Below are positions 9,433 to 17,872 of a stretch of DNA of 45,495 bases, in pieces. This DNA comes from Armatimonas sp. (GTDB lineage: Bacteria; Armatimonadota; Armatimonadia; Armatimonadales; Armatimonadaceae). A program made the translations under genes and the position numbers. Numbering within the stretch: the stretch's first letter is position 1; every line of letters begins with the position of its first letter. Location of the stretch: assembly GCA_031387365.1 (NCBI GenBank), contig JANNDD010000035.1, forward strand, positions 1-45,495, in the 5' to 3' direction. The notes beneath the pieces were generated by a model, which made no database searches, was not told the DNA's origin, and worked only from the letters and a program-made list of their open reading frames with translations.

Positions 9433-10500
9433 CTAGCCTTTTCCTATCAGCTTCAGGATGTCATTAAATGTCACACTCACAAACAGGACTAACACGAGGG
9501 CCCACCCCACGAGCGCGACTCCCATCTGCTGCTCTTTACTAAGCTGCCGTCGCCGGATCGCCTCAATGAGAAGCAGCACGACTTGACCACCATCAAAGAC
9601 GGGGATCGGCACAAAGAGATTGGCCGCGTACAGGGAGAGGGAGAGCTGCCCCATGAGCGAGAAGAGTGCCAGTACCCGGTCGGCCCAGTCCAGCTTGACC
9701 ACTTCGGAGACAGCCCCCGCTATGGCGATCGGGCCTCCGATGTTTTTCCCGAGCTCACGCGGTGTCGAGACCAGCTTGCCCAGTGCACTCAGGAATGTCC
9801 CCGTCAGACGATTAGCCTCACCGAGCACCTCCTGAACCTGTGCGGGCCTTGTGCGCGGCTGTAGCCCTACTCCGATTCGATAGAGCTTCTCCCGTCCCTC
9901 AAGCACCTCGCGCGGCTGCACGGTCAGTGTCAGTGGCTTATCGTCGCGTAGTATCTCAACTTCGAGAGGCTTCCCTGCCGAGCCACGTACCTTGGTCGCC
10001 ATGCCATTAAAGTCAGCGATGGGAGCGCCCGCAATCTTGACCAACAGATCGCCGGTACGAATTCCAGCCTCCGCAGCGGCGCTCTTCTCACTCACCATCA
10101 TTTTGTGAGGTGCGGGCAGCTCGACACCGCGCATTCCCACCAGTGCAACAAACGCGAGCCAGCCCAGCAAAAACGACGCGATAGGCCCAGCGAGGATCAC
10201 AATCAAGCGCTGATAGATTGGCTTAGCATGGAAATCCGCCATCTGTCTGTCGCGCGTTTCATCGTCCGCCTCCGCCTCGGCAAACCCCACAAAGCCCCCG
10301 AGAAGAACCGCCCGGATAGTGTACTCTGTCTCACCGTCGTACCAGTAGCGCCATTTTTTACCAAACGGCAACCCAAAAGCGAACTCGTAGACCTTGAACT
10401 TAAACGCCTTGGCAGCCAGAAAATGGCCTAGCTCATGAATAAAAATCAGGATGCCAAATAAAACCGCCCACGTCAGCAAGGTCTCTAGTTTATGCAGCAA
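9433..10500 (-). CDS. rseP: RIP metalloprotease RseP (M50, PDZ)
   Basis: HELGH, PDZ domain, PIPVFDGG; follows dxr in the usual synteny. Confidence 0.93.
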   Translation of the reverse strand: MLHKLETLLTWAVLFGILIFIHELGHFLAAKAFKFKVYEFAFGLPFGKKWRYWYDGETEYTIRAVLLGGFVGFAEAEADDETRDRQMADFHAKPIYQRLIVILAGPIASFLLGWLAFVALVGMRGVELPAPHKMMVSEKSAAAEAGIRTGDLLVKIAGAPIADFNGMATKVRGSAGKPLEVEILRDDKPLTLTVQPREVLEGREKLYRIGVGLQPRTRPAQVQEVLGEANRLTGTFLSALGKLVSTPRELGKNIGGPIAIAGAVSEVVKLDWADRVLALFSLMGQLSLSLYAANLFVPIPVFDGGQVVLLLIEAIRRRQLSKEQQMGVALVGWALVLVLFVSVTFNDILKLIGKG

Positions 10501-10509
10501 TGCTCTCTC

Positions 10510-11616
10510 CTACAGATTCTCCGCAATAAAGCGGCGTGCCGCAGCATCTGCGCTCACAATTTTTTCCAGTGTATCCGCTTCAGAAGAAGAAATGCTACCC
10601 AGAGCATCCGCGACCCGCTCTAGGATCTGACCAAAGCGCAGCTTCCCTTCGAGAAACGCCCCTACCGCCGCTTCATTGGCGGCATTGAGAATCGCGGGCG
10701 CGGTTCCTCCGGCACGAAACGCCTGCCGCGCTAAAGTCATCGCGGGGAAGCGCTCGTGATCGGGCGCCTCAAAAGTCAGATCGCGCATCTCGGTGGGCCT
10801 TAGGCGCGGGATTCCCGTGTCCACTTTCTCGGGGTGGAGGAGCGCGATCTGAATCGGCAGGCGCATGTCCGGTAGGCCAAGCTGGGCAAGCAATGCGCCA
10901 TCACGCAGCTCCACAAACGAGTGAATGATGGACTGCGGGTGCACAACCACCTCCACTTTCTCCTCACCCACGCTGTAGAGCCAGCACGCCTCGATAATCT
11001 CCAGCCCTTTATTCATGAGAGTGGCGGAGTCAATCGTGATCTTGCCCCCCATGCGCCATGTGGGATGATTCAGCGCCTCCGCGACCGTCGCGTTCTGGAT
11101 GCGCTCTCTTGTCCAGGTGCGAAATGGCCCGCCCGATGCCGTGATATGGAGCTTGTCGATCAGTGAAAAATCGTAGCCCGCCAGGCACTGAAAGAGCGCC
11201 GAGTGCTCGGAGTCAATCGGCAGAAGTGTCGCGCCGCCGTCGCTGGCTGCCTGAGTTACCAGTGCACCCGCCGCCACCAATACTTCCTTGGTCGCGATGC
11301 AGACACGCTTTCCCGCCGCGCACGCCGCCAGTGTTGCCGCGAGCCCCGCCGCGCCTGCGACGGCGATTACCACGGTATCGGCTTCATCGAGCACTGCGAG
11401 GCGCGTCATCGCCTCACTTCCCTCACGCTCCACTGCCACAACGCGCTCACCCGAGAGTCCCCAACGCGCCGCCTGCTCAGCCAAGAGAGCTGAGTCCCGC
11501 CGCGCCACGAGCCCCACTACCGCCACCCGCTCCCTACCAAGCCGCTCGCAGATGTCTAATGTCTGGGTTCCAATCGAGCCCGTAGAGCCCAGAACCACAA
11601 TCTTTCGCCTAGTCAT
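10510..11616 (-). CDS. dxr: 1-deoxy-D-xylulose-5-phosphate reductoisomerase
   Basis: LGSTGSIG, LPIDSEHSA, TASGGPF, HPTWRMGGKITIDSAT, NAANEAAV. Confidence 0.97.
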   Translation of the reverse strand: MTRRKIVVLGSTGSIGTQTLDICERLGRERVAVVGLVARRDSALLAEQAARWGLSGERVVAVEREGSEAMTRLAVLDEADTVVIAVAGAAGLAATLAACAAGKRVCIATKEVLVAAGALVTQAASDGGATLLPIDSEHSALFQCLAGYDFSLIDKLHITASGGPFRTWTRERIQNATVAEALNHPTWRMGGKITIDSATLMNKGLEIIEACWLYSVGEEKVEVVVHPQSIIHSFVELRDGALLAQLGLPDMRLPIQIALLHPEKVDTGIPRLRPTEMRDLTFEAPDHERFPAMTLARQAFRAGGTAPAILNAANEAAVGAFLEGKLRFGQILERVADALGSISSSEADTLEKIVSADAAARRFIAENL

Positions 11617-11657
11617 TGGACGGATTTTACCCGCCCAGACATTGGAATAGAGCGATT

Positions 11658-12191
11658 TTAATGCCCCGCAGATTTAGCAACAAACTTCATCGCACCAGAG
11701 TTCATGCAGTAGCGCAGGCCCGTCGGGGTTTTGGGGATACCAAAGCTACCATTGGCATCATCGAACAAGTGACCTAAGTGCCCCAGGCAGCGGCTACAGA
11801 GAATCTCGACGCGAGAGCCGTCGGGATCGCGCTTTTCGGCAACCGAGGTCTTCTTCAGCGGCTGGAAGAAACTCGGCCAGCCCGTGCCCGAGTCGAACTT
11901 CGCCTCACTGGTGAACAGTTCTAAATCGCAGCCGGCACAGTGATAAGTCCCGACTTTATGGTTGTCGTGGTAGGCGTTGCGGAAGGCGAACTCGGTGGCG
12001 GCCTTGCGCAAGATATTAAACTGGGTCGTTGTCAGTCGCTTGCGCCACTGCGCATCGGTCAGCTTTTTCCAGTCGGTCTCTTTAGTTGCCAGCGCGGGAG
12101 CCGCTGGTTTCTGCTGGTGTGCGAAGGCTGCACCGCCAGCGATCAGAAGGGCTATTGCCATAACAACAAGTTTGTGTGTTTCGTTTTTCAT
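11658..12191 (-). CDS. msrB: Peptide-methionine (R)-S-oxide reductase MsrB with N-terminal signal peptide
   Basis: KFDSGTGWPSF, GHLGHLFDD, RYCMNS, two Zn CxxC motifs; hydrophobic signal ending AFA. Confidence 0.95.
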   Translation of the reverse strand: MKNETHKLVVMAIALLIAGGAAFAHQQKPAAPALATKETDWKKLTDAQWRKRLTTTQFNILRKAATEFAFRNAYHDNHKVGTYHCAGCDLELFTSEAKFDSGTGWPSFFQPLKKTSVAEKRDPDGSRVEILCSRCLGHLGHLFDDANGSFGIPKTPTGLRYCMNSGAMKFVAKSAGH

Positions 12192-12208
12192 AGTTCTAAT
12201 ATTCGTAT

Positions 12209-12961
12209 TTAAAGTCCTGCATAGAAATCATACCCGCGCTCGGCCCAGAAGTCGGCGGGGCGCTCGGCTTCGTAGCTAAGGTGCGTGATGAGCTTGATGT
12301 TTTTTATACCGTACTTGGTTGGGATCGCCAGCCGAAGCGGTGCGCCGTGCTCTGTACTGAGCGGCTGGCCGTTCATGCCCCACGCCAGCAGTGTCTGGGG
12401 GTGTAGCATGCTCTCAATATCGAGGCCGACGTAGTACCAGGTGTCTTCAAATCCAGCAGGCTCAGAGCGCAAATAGACGTACTTGCTATCGGGCATCGGC
12501 GGGTATTTTTTCGCAAAATCGGCGAAGCGACAGCCCGTCCACGTGACAATCGCACTCCAGCCCTCCACACACTTCAGCTCCGTCGTCAGCGAGACTTCGG
12601 GCAGTGTCTTCAGATCCGCAAGCGTGAGCTGCAAGTCGCCATAGTTCAAACGCCAGGCCTCTGTGTCGATCTCGGGCGTCGCACCGTGGTAGTTGTTGCG
12701 CGGCTCGATAGCACGTGCGGCGGGAAACTCGGGTGCACGGTAGCCAGAAAGCAGCGTCGTCACAATCGCCTCGTTGCTCCGATGTGTCGTGCGAAAGAGC
12801 TGCTTGATCCCCGTGCCGTCGTCTTTTGCTTTGTGGTTAAAGAGTGAGAGCAGGCTAAGGCTTCCCGCCACCCCTGCACCCGCCCACAAAAAAGAGCGCC
12901 GTGAGAGCCGCTTAAGCTCCTGCTGTGTCAGTTCCGTCGGTTGTTGGTTCAGGGGCATCAT
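12209..12961 (-). CDS. Molybdopterin-dependent oxidoreductase (sulfite oxidase/MsrP-like fold), Tat-exported
   Basis: LSRRSFL Tat motif, Mo-ligand CVEGWS, MNGQPLSTEHGAPLRL, KYGIKNIK. Confidence 0.88.
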   Translation of the reverse strand: MMPLNQQPTELTQQELKRLSRRSFLWAGAGVAGSLSLLSLFNHKAKDDGTGIKQLFRTTHRSNEAIVTTLLSGYRAPEFPAARAIEPRNNYHGATPEIDTEAWRLNYGDLQLTLADLKTLPEVSLTTELKCVEGWSAIVTWTGCRFADFAKKYPPMPDSKYVYLRSEPAGFEDTWYYVGLDIESMLHPQTLLAWGMNGQPLSTEHGAPLRLAIPTKYGIKNIKLITHLSYEAERPADFWAERGYDFYAGL

Positions 12962-13811
12962 CTGGTTCCTCCTTAGGTTCGTCTTCTAAAGGTTCGTCTT
13001 CTAACACTTCTATTAACGTTTTTTGTGGCTCTGGCGTTTCCGCAATTTGCTCCCAGCCCGTTATTATCGCACGGAAGTTATTCCAGCCCGCGCGGATCAC
13101 CTGCCCTACATGAACGAAGAAAAACGCCACAAAGAGACAGGTCACGATAAAGTGCCAGAGCCGCGCGCCCTGGTAGCCACCAAAAGGTACGGCGAGCCAC
13201 GCCACTTGCGCGGGCTTGGAGATCGCGAGCCCCGTGATTAACATCAGTATGCCCAGTACCACCACGCCAGAGTAAGCAAGCCGCTGGGCATGATTGTACT
13301 TTTCGCCTGCCGGTGCAGCCTCGATGCGCCTCCAGAACGTCAGGTCCTTCACCGCAACTTTTACGGCCTCGACCAGAGAGTTTTTCTGAGGGGCAAGATG
13401 CCGCCACTGGCCGCTAGCCACGAGGAAAAGAACATAGGCCAAGCCATTGAGAGTGAAGAACCACGCGAGCGCAAAGTGCCAGGCCATTCCCTCGGCCAGC
13501 CGCGAGCCCGTGAGAATCTCGGTACGCTTCTCCGGCTCAGGGTAGTTGTCTGGAAGTGTGTCGCCGGAGTAGACCACGCGTACGTCGGGCCGCAGTACAA
13601 TTCGATCTGGCACGCGCAGCCACCGAGGCGGCGCTTCATCGTCTTTTCCGGAGTGCAGCACGCGGTAGCCCGTCTGCCAGAGATCCGTGGCATAAACATC
13701 ATTGGCCCAGAGGATCAGTGTCCCTGACCAGATCATCAGCGCCAGAACAGGGAAGTTGACCCAGTGGAACCAACGAATCGCCAGCGGGTGTTTTTTCTGA
13801 ATGTGGGCCAT
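12912..13811 (-). CDS. Di-heme cytochrome b membrane subunit (Ni/Fe-hydrogenase cytochrome b / YdhU-like)
   Basis: HPLAIRWFHWVN, WHFALAW, KYNHAQRLAY, ARLWHF..FFFVHV; four TM segments with conserved His residues. Confidence 0.88.
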   Translation of the reverse strand: MAHIQKKHPLAIRWFHWVNFPVLALMIWSGTLILWANDVYATDLWQTGYRVLHSGKDDEAPPRWLRVPDRIVLRPDVRVVYSGDTLPDNYPEPEKRTEILTGSRLAEGMAWHFALAWFFTLNGLAYVLFLVASGQWRHLAPQKNSLVEAVKVAVKDLTFWRRIEAAPAGEKYNHAQRLAYSGVVVLGILMLITGLAISKPAQVAWLAVPFGGYQGARLWHFIVTCLFVAFFFVHVGQVIRAGWNNFRAIITGWEQIAETPEPQKTLIEVLEDEPLEDEPKEEPDDAPEPTTDGTDTAGA

Positions 13812-13814
13812 GGT

Positions 13815-14381
13815 TTATTTTTCGCGACGCAGTAGTTCAATTCCTTGCTCAACATCTCGGAAAGCACCACTGTCTTTGTAGTTTAGCTCGCCATCCCAGC
13901 GGCCACGAACCCGACCTTTTTTATCAATCAAGTAGGTAGAGGGCCACCATTGATTGCGCCATTTTTTCCAGTTCGCTTTATCATTATCAATCAAAACAGG
14001 AAAGAGAAGCTTTTCTTTTTCGATGTATTTTTTAACATTCTCGACAACGCGCTCGGCGTCAACCTCAGGAGTATGAATCGAAACAAAGACAACGTCTTTG
14101 TCTGCGTACTTCTTCACCCACTTGTTCCAGTAGGGAATTGTACGCGTGCAGTTCACTCACTGAAAAGTCCAATAAAAAGCAACGATCACTTTGCCTTTGA
14201 GATCAGCCAGCTTCACCGGCTTGCCATTGATCCAGTCCTTGGGAGCACCGATCAGCTCAGGGACTTGCTCGTAGGCTGGCTTCTCTGCGGCGGGCTTCTC
14301 GGAGGTGGGCTTTTCCTGGGCGCGCGCACTCCCCAGGAGAAGCGCTCCTACACCAGATAAAAGTAAATTTTTTCGCGTCAT
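13815..14381 (-). CDS. Exported TlpA/DipZ-like redoxin, probable selenoprotein (UxxC; Sec75 encoded by TGA 14157-14159)
   Basis: ORFs 14157..14381 and 13815..14156 share a frame and join as ...LKGKVIVAFYWTFQ-[TGA]-VNCTRTIP...SIHTPE...WPSTYLIDKKGRVR, a complete thioredoxin-like fold. SECIS-like hairpin follows. Confidence 0.85.
14104..14145 (-). promoter_or_regulatory. Putative bacterial SECIS hairpin downstream of the in-frame UGA
   Basis: Minus strand GCGUAC-AA-UUC-CCUACU-[GGAACA]-AGUGGG-U-GAA-GAA-GUACGC. The apical loop starts with G and lies 28 nt after the UGA. Confidence 0.65.
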
Positions 14382-14419
14382 ACGCTAACTACAAACATTG
14401 TCTGGAAAAAGTTCATTTA

Positions 14420-14522
14420 GGGCGATAGAATAAACCCACGGCAGCGGGTCGGCTTCGAACCTGGTCAGGGCGGAAGCAGCAGCCATAAGGAGTACGGCCC
14501 GCGTGTCGCAGCACTTCCCCCT
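14420..14522 (+). ncRNA. ffs: Signal recognition particle RNA (small bacterial 4.5S type)
   Basis: Domain IV signature GGTCAGG-GC-GGAA-GC-AGCAGCC closed by the GCGGGTCG/CGGCCCGC stem. 5' boundary uncertain. Confidence 0.85.
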
Positions 14523-14566
14523 AAATATTGCGTCGCCCCCGGGGTATAATTGTTTTTAGTATATCT

Positions 14567-15775
14567 ATGCCGGAGCGAACACACTACGAAGTTCTAGGTC
14601 TGCCGGAGACGGCTTCCCTTGAAGAAATCAAGAAGCAGTACCGGGCTCTAGCGCGCACGCACCACCCCGATGTGAACTCAGGCCCACACGCTGCTCTGCA
14701 GTTTTCTGCAATTGCCGAAGCTTACCGCGTGCTCAATGATTCCGAATCGCGCCGCGTCTACGATGCCGAACGCACGCTGCGGCAGCGCCAAACCAACTTC
14801 AAGTCCGCTGGTGCTGTCAATCACCCCGCAGGGCCACGTCCCGCCTCGTCTCCGCCCCCGCAACAAAGTGCCACGACCGCCACCCAGGAGTCTGATCGGC
14901 TTCTGCAGCAGGCACAGATCGCCTTTAGCCGCAACCGAATGGCCGAGGCGCGAACCCTAGCGGAACAGGCGCTGCACTACAACAAAAAAAACGCCGCCGC
15001 GTGGGAAGTCATGGGCGATGTCAGCCGCAACCAAGAGCGCAACACGGATGCCCTCCGGCACTACACGATGGCGAGCCAGCACGACCCACGCCGTGCCAGT
15101 GTCCAGCAGAAGATCGAGCGGATCGCTCGCCAGCCGGTCGGGCCGCAGAGCAGTGCGGGTGGCTACACTCCCAACACGCCCACACGCCAGCGACCACCGC
15201 AGTACACCGCCCGCCCACGCGCCCCACTGACAGCCAATATGCCGCCCGACAAGCGCTCGTTAACCCTCGTTCTGGTGGGTTTTTTTGGCTACTTTGGCAC
15301 TTTTCTGATCTTGATCTTCGCTGGTCTCACTCTGGACAAATCATCGGCATCCACCCATGTCTTACCGATTGTGACTTCCTGGAGCTGGCCCTACGTGAGC
15401 TGTATGGCGCTCGCAGGGGCCTTGCTGGGGGCGACCATGACCATCACGGGAGCCATTCGCCGCATCGAGGACGACCTAATTCTCTCTGGCTCCGCTGGCC
15501 CGCATGCCCCCCCTTTTGGTATCCTCGTCATTGTGGTGGGATTACTCTTCTTCTGGGTCGCAGCCCTGATGCATCTGGGAGTCTCCCTATTCCAAGAAGC
15601 CCTCACGGCATCTCGCTTACGTCTTTATGGAGCAATCGCACTACTCACCTGCTTCTTCGCCATCTCCTGGACAACACCGTTGGGTACCTCGCAGACACTC
15701 CTTTGGGGAGGCAATGTGATTTTCATTAGCTTTGTTGTCGGCTGGCTCCTGGGTGATTTCTTCCGGCAGGATTAA
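14567..15775 (+). CDS. DnaJ-domain protein with TPR repeats and C-terminal multi-TM domain
   Basis: THYEVLG...HHPDVN J-domain (HPD), TPR-like helices (AAAWEVMGDV), about 5 hydrophobic C-terminal segments. Confidence 0.85.
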   Translation: MPERTHYEVLGLPETASLEEIKKQYRALARTHHPDVNSGPHAALQFSAIAEAYRVLNDSESRRVYDAERTLRQRQTNFKSAGAVNHPAGPRPASSPPPQQSATTATQESDRLLQQAQIAFSRNRMAEARTLAEQALHYNKKNAAAWEVMGDVSRNQERNTDALRHYTMASQHDPRRASVQQKIERIARQPVGPQSSAGGYTPNTPTRQRPPQYTARPRAPLTANMPPDKRSLTLVLVGFFGYFGTFLILIFAGLTLDKSSASTHVLPIVTSWSWPYVSCMALAGALLGATMTITGAIRRIEDDLILSGSAGPHAPPFGILVIVVGLLFFWVAALMHLGVSLFQEALTASRLRLYGAIALLTCFFAISWTTPLGTSQTLLWGGNVIFISFVVGWLLGDFFRQD

Positions 15776-15820
15776 AATGCTGGAGGCAGATACTGTGCAT
15801 AAGCTGCCTCCAGAGAAACA

Positions 15821-16255
15821 CTACACGAGAGTTGAGATGTAGTTGATCTGACCTTCGTGGTAGGTATTGTTCCAATACACCACATCCGCGAGCCCAGCCA
15901 GCGTATAGGTTGCGCCCCAAGGCATCGTCACTTCGATAGCAGCATCTTCAGCGGAGAGCCCTTCAAGCGCAGCAATAAGGCCTTCGGTATTGCTTATCAG
16001 GGAAGCGTACGCAGCATCGGCATCGGCAGCGAGCGCGTCCTGCGCTTTGCCAAATGCCTCCCAATCCATTTCAGGAACCGCCTTGTTCTGGATAATCCCA
16101 ATACAGGCTCCCGTGATTAGAGCACACTCCGCCACCTGGTTTAATGCCGTGCGGCCTTTGCCTAGCGGTGCCCAGCTTGCCTTTTCGCCCAGCTCCTGGG
16201 TCGCCTTTTTCAGTGACTCCACCGACTGGTGAAGCATTGAATTCGTCTTACTCAT
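15821..16255 (-). CDS. DinB/DUF664-like four-helix bundle protein
   Basis: W.PLGKGRTALNQV and YWNNTYHEGQINYI patterns; GGAGG SD before ATG 16255. Confidence 0.7.
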   Translation of the reverse strand: MSKTNSMLHQSVESLKKATQELGEKASWAPLGKGRTALNQVAECALITGACIGIIQNKAVPEMDWEAFGKAQDALAADADAAYASLISNTEGLIAALEGLSAEDAAIEVTMPWGATYTLAGLADVVYWNNTYHEGQINYISTLV

Positions 16256-16310
16256 AAAAAAACCTCCATCAACAATTCTACCCAAAATCATACAAATTTT
16301 CGTTTGCCTC

Positions 16311-16339
16311 TTGCGGAGTTTTTTTTTCTGCGATAGAAT
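16311..16339 (+). promoter_or_regulatory. Sigma70-type promoter for tRNA-Ala
   Basis: TTGCGG (16311-16316), 17 nt spacer, TAGAAT (16334-16339). Confidence 0.65.
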
Positions 16340-16354
16340 TCCCCTCGCGACCTT

Positions 16355-16427
16355 GGGGGATTAGCTCATCTGGGAGAGCGCTTCAATGGCATTGAAGAGG
16401 TAAGCGGTTCGATCCCGCTATCCTCCA
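16355..16427 (+). tRNA. tRNA-Ala(GGC)
   Basis: Cloverleaf: acceptor GGGGGAT/ATCCTCC with G3:U70, anticodon arm CTTCA-ATGGCAT-TGAAG, T-loop TTCGATC. CCA not encoded directly after the discriminator. Confidence 0.96.
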
Positions 16428-16441
16428 CTCCAAATCAAACG

Positions 16442-16478
16442 CGGCGAGGGAACCATTCCTCGCCGTTTTTGTTTTTTT
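16442..16478 (+). terminator. Rho-independent terminator after tRNA-Ala
   Basis: CGGCGAGGGA-ACCA-TTCCTCGCCG stem-loop followed by a T tract. Confidence 0.8.
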
Positions 16479-16482
16479 GGCT

Positions 16483-17859
16483 ATGCAGCACCAAACCGCT
16501 CTTGTCTGGTTTCGACGCACTCTGCGCCTCGACGATAATAACTCCTTACTCACCGCTCTCGCTGACTCCGCGAGTGTCATTCCGGTCTTCGTGCTGGATC
16601 CCATGATTCTGTCGCACCCCGACACCGGAGCGCGACGTGTTGCCTTTCTCTATAATGGCTTGCGGGCACTTGATGCGGCGCTTCGCGAGCGTGGGAGCTA
16701 TCTGGTGCTTCGGCACGGCAACCCAACGGAGGAGCTGGGGCGGCTGGCAGAAGAATCGGGGGCAACGGCGCTCTACTACAGCCAAGAGTATGAGCCCGCC
16801 GGACGAGCACGCGATGCACGGGTATGCACCGCCCTACGACTGGAGAGCAACGCGTGTTTGGATCACTTACTGAGCGAGCCAGAGAGTGTAAAAACAAAAA
16901 CGGGAACTCCCTACACCGTCTTCACCCCCTACTTTCGTGTCTGGCAAGAGCAGGCGTTTGCGGTGCCTCGTTCTACTCCAGAGCGCATTCCCACGCCGCC
17001 GGGAATCGCCACAGAGCCACTTCCAACCGGCAGTACGGCGTTTCCTTCCGGAGAGCTTGCGGCGCTGGCACAGCTCACCGCGTTTAGGCACACCGCGCTT
17101 TCACACTACGACACGGGCCGGGAGTTCCCTGCGGAGCCAGGCACGTCGCAGCTCTCAGCGTACCTGAAGTTTGGGATGCTCTCCCCACGCCGTGCGCTGG
17201 AAGCCACCCGCCAGCAACCTAAAAGCGCTGGGCGCGATGCCTGGATTCGGCAGCTTGCGTGGCGGGATTTCTACTACCAGATCCTCTGGCACTTTCCCCA
17301 TGTCACCACAGGCTGCTTCCGGCCACCATTTGACACTATTGCTTGGCACAACGACGAAGCGCTTTTTGCGGCGTGGCAGCGCGGCGAGACGGGCTACCCC
17401 ATCGTGGACGCCGGGATGCGCCAGCTCACTCAGACTGGCTGGATGCACAACCGCGTACGAATGATTGTTGCGTCATTTCTGACCAAGGATCTCCTCTGCG
17501 ACTGGCGGCTCGGGGAGAGTTATTTTATGCAGCAGTTGCTTGATGGGGATCAGGCGGCCAACAACGGCGGCTGGCAGTGGGCAGCAGGCACGGGCACCGA
17601 TGCACAGCCCTATTTTCGCATCTTCAACCCGGTCAGCCAGGGAGAAAAATTCGATCCCGAAGGGGTCTACGTAAAACGCTGGTGCCCGGAATTGAAGCCT
17701 ATCCCCCCAAAATGGGTTCATAAACCCTGGGAGCTTTCCGTAAACGAGCAAGCGGCGGTACACTGTGTTCTGGGGCGGGACTACCCCACGCGTATTGTCG
17801 AGCACAGCGAGCAGCGCACCAGGGCTCTGGCTCTCTATAAATCTCTCAATTGCGGGTGA
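16483..17859 (+). CDS. phrB: Deoxyribodipyrimidine photolyase (CPD class I/III)
   Basis: LVWFRRTLRLDDN, TSQLSAYLKFG, WRDFY, TGYPIVDAGMRQL, WMHNRVRM, NNGGWQW, FRIFNP. Confidence 0.95.
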   Translation: MQHQTALVWFRRTLRLDDNNSLLTALADSASVIPVFVLDPMILSHPDTGARRVAFLYNGLRALDAALRERGSYLVLRHGNPTEELGRLAEESGATALYYSQEYEPAGRARDARVCTALRLESNACLDHLLSEPESVKTKTGTPYTVFTPYFRVWQEQAFAVPRSTPERIPTPPGIATEPLPTGSTAFPSGELAALAQLTAFRHTALSHYDTGREFPAEPGTSQLSAYLKFGMLSPRRALEATRQQPKSAGRDAWIRQLAWRDFYYQILWHFPHVTTGCFRPPFDTIAWHNDEALFAAWQRGETGYPIVDAGMRQLTQTGWMHNRVRMIVASFLTKDLLCDWRLGESYFMQQLLDGDQAANNGGWQWAAGTGTDAQPYFRIFNPVSQGEKFDPEGVYVKRWCPELKPIPPKWVHKPWELSVNEQAAVHCVLGRDYPTRIVEHSEQRTRALALYKSLNCG

Positions 17860-17872
17860 AGGAAAACGAAAA

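Noticed and set aside
12976-13005. 15-bp tandem repeat GGTTCGTCTTCTAA(A/C)
   Set aside because: Simply encodes the acidic LEDEP-LEDEP tail of the cytochrome b.
13815-14156. Redoxin treated as a pseudogene or as two separate genes
   Set aside because: The TGA falls exactly on the catalytic Cys column, a SECIS-like hairpin follows, and both halves are otherwise intact.
16355-16480. tRNA-Ala (or tRNA-Leu) as an integration site
   Set aside because: No adjacent integrase and no duplicated tRNA 3' end seen in the window.
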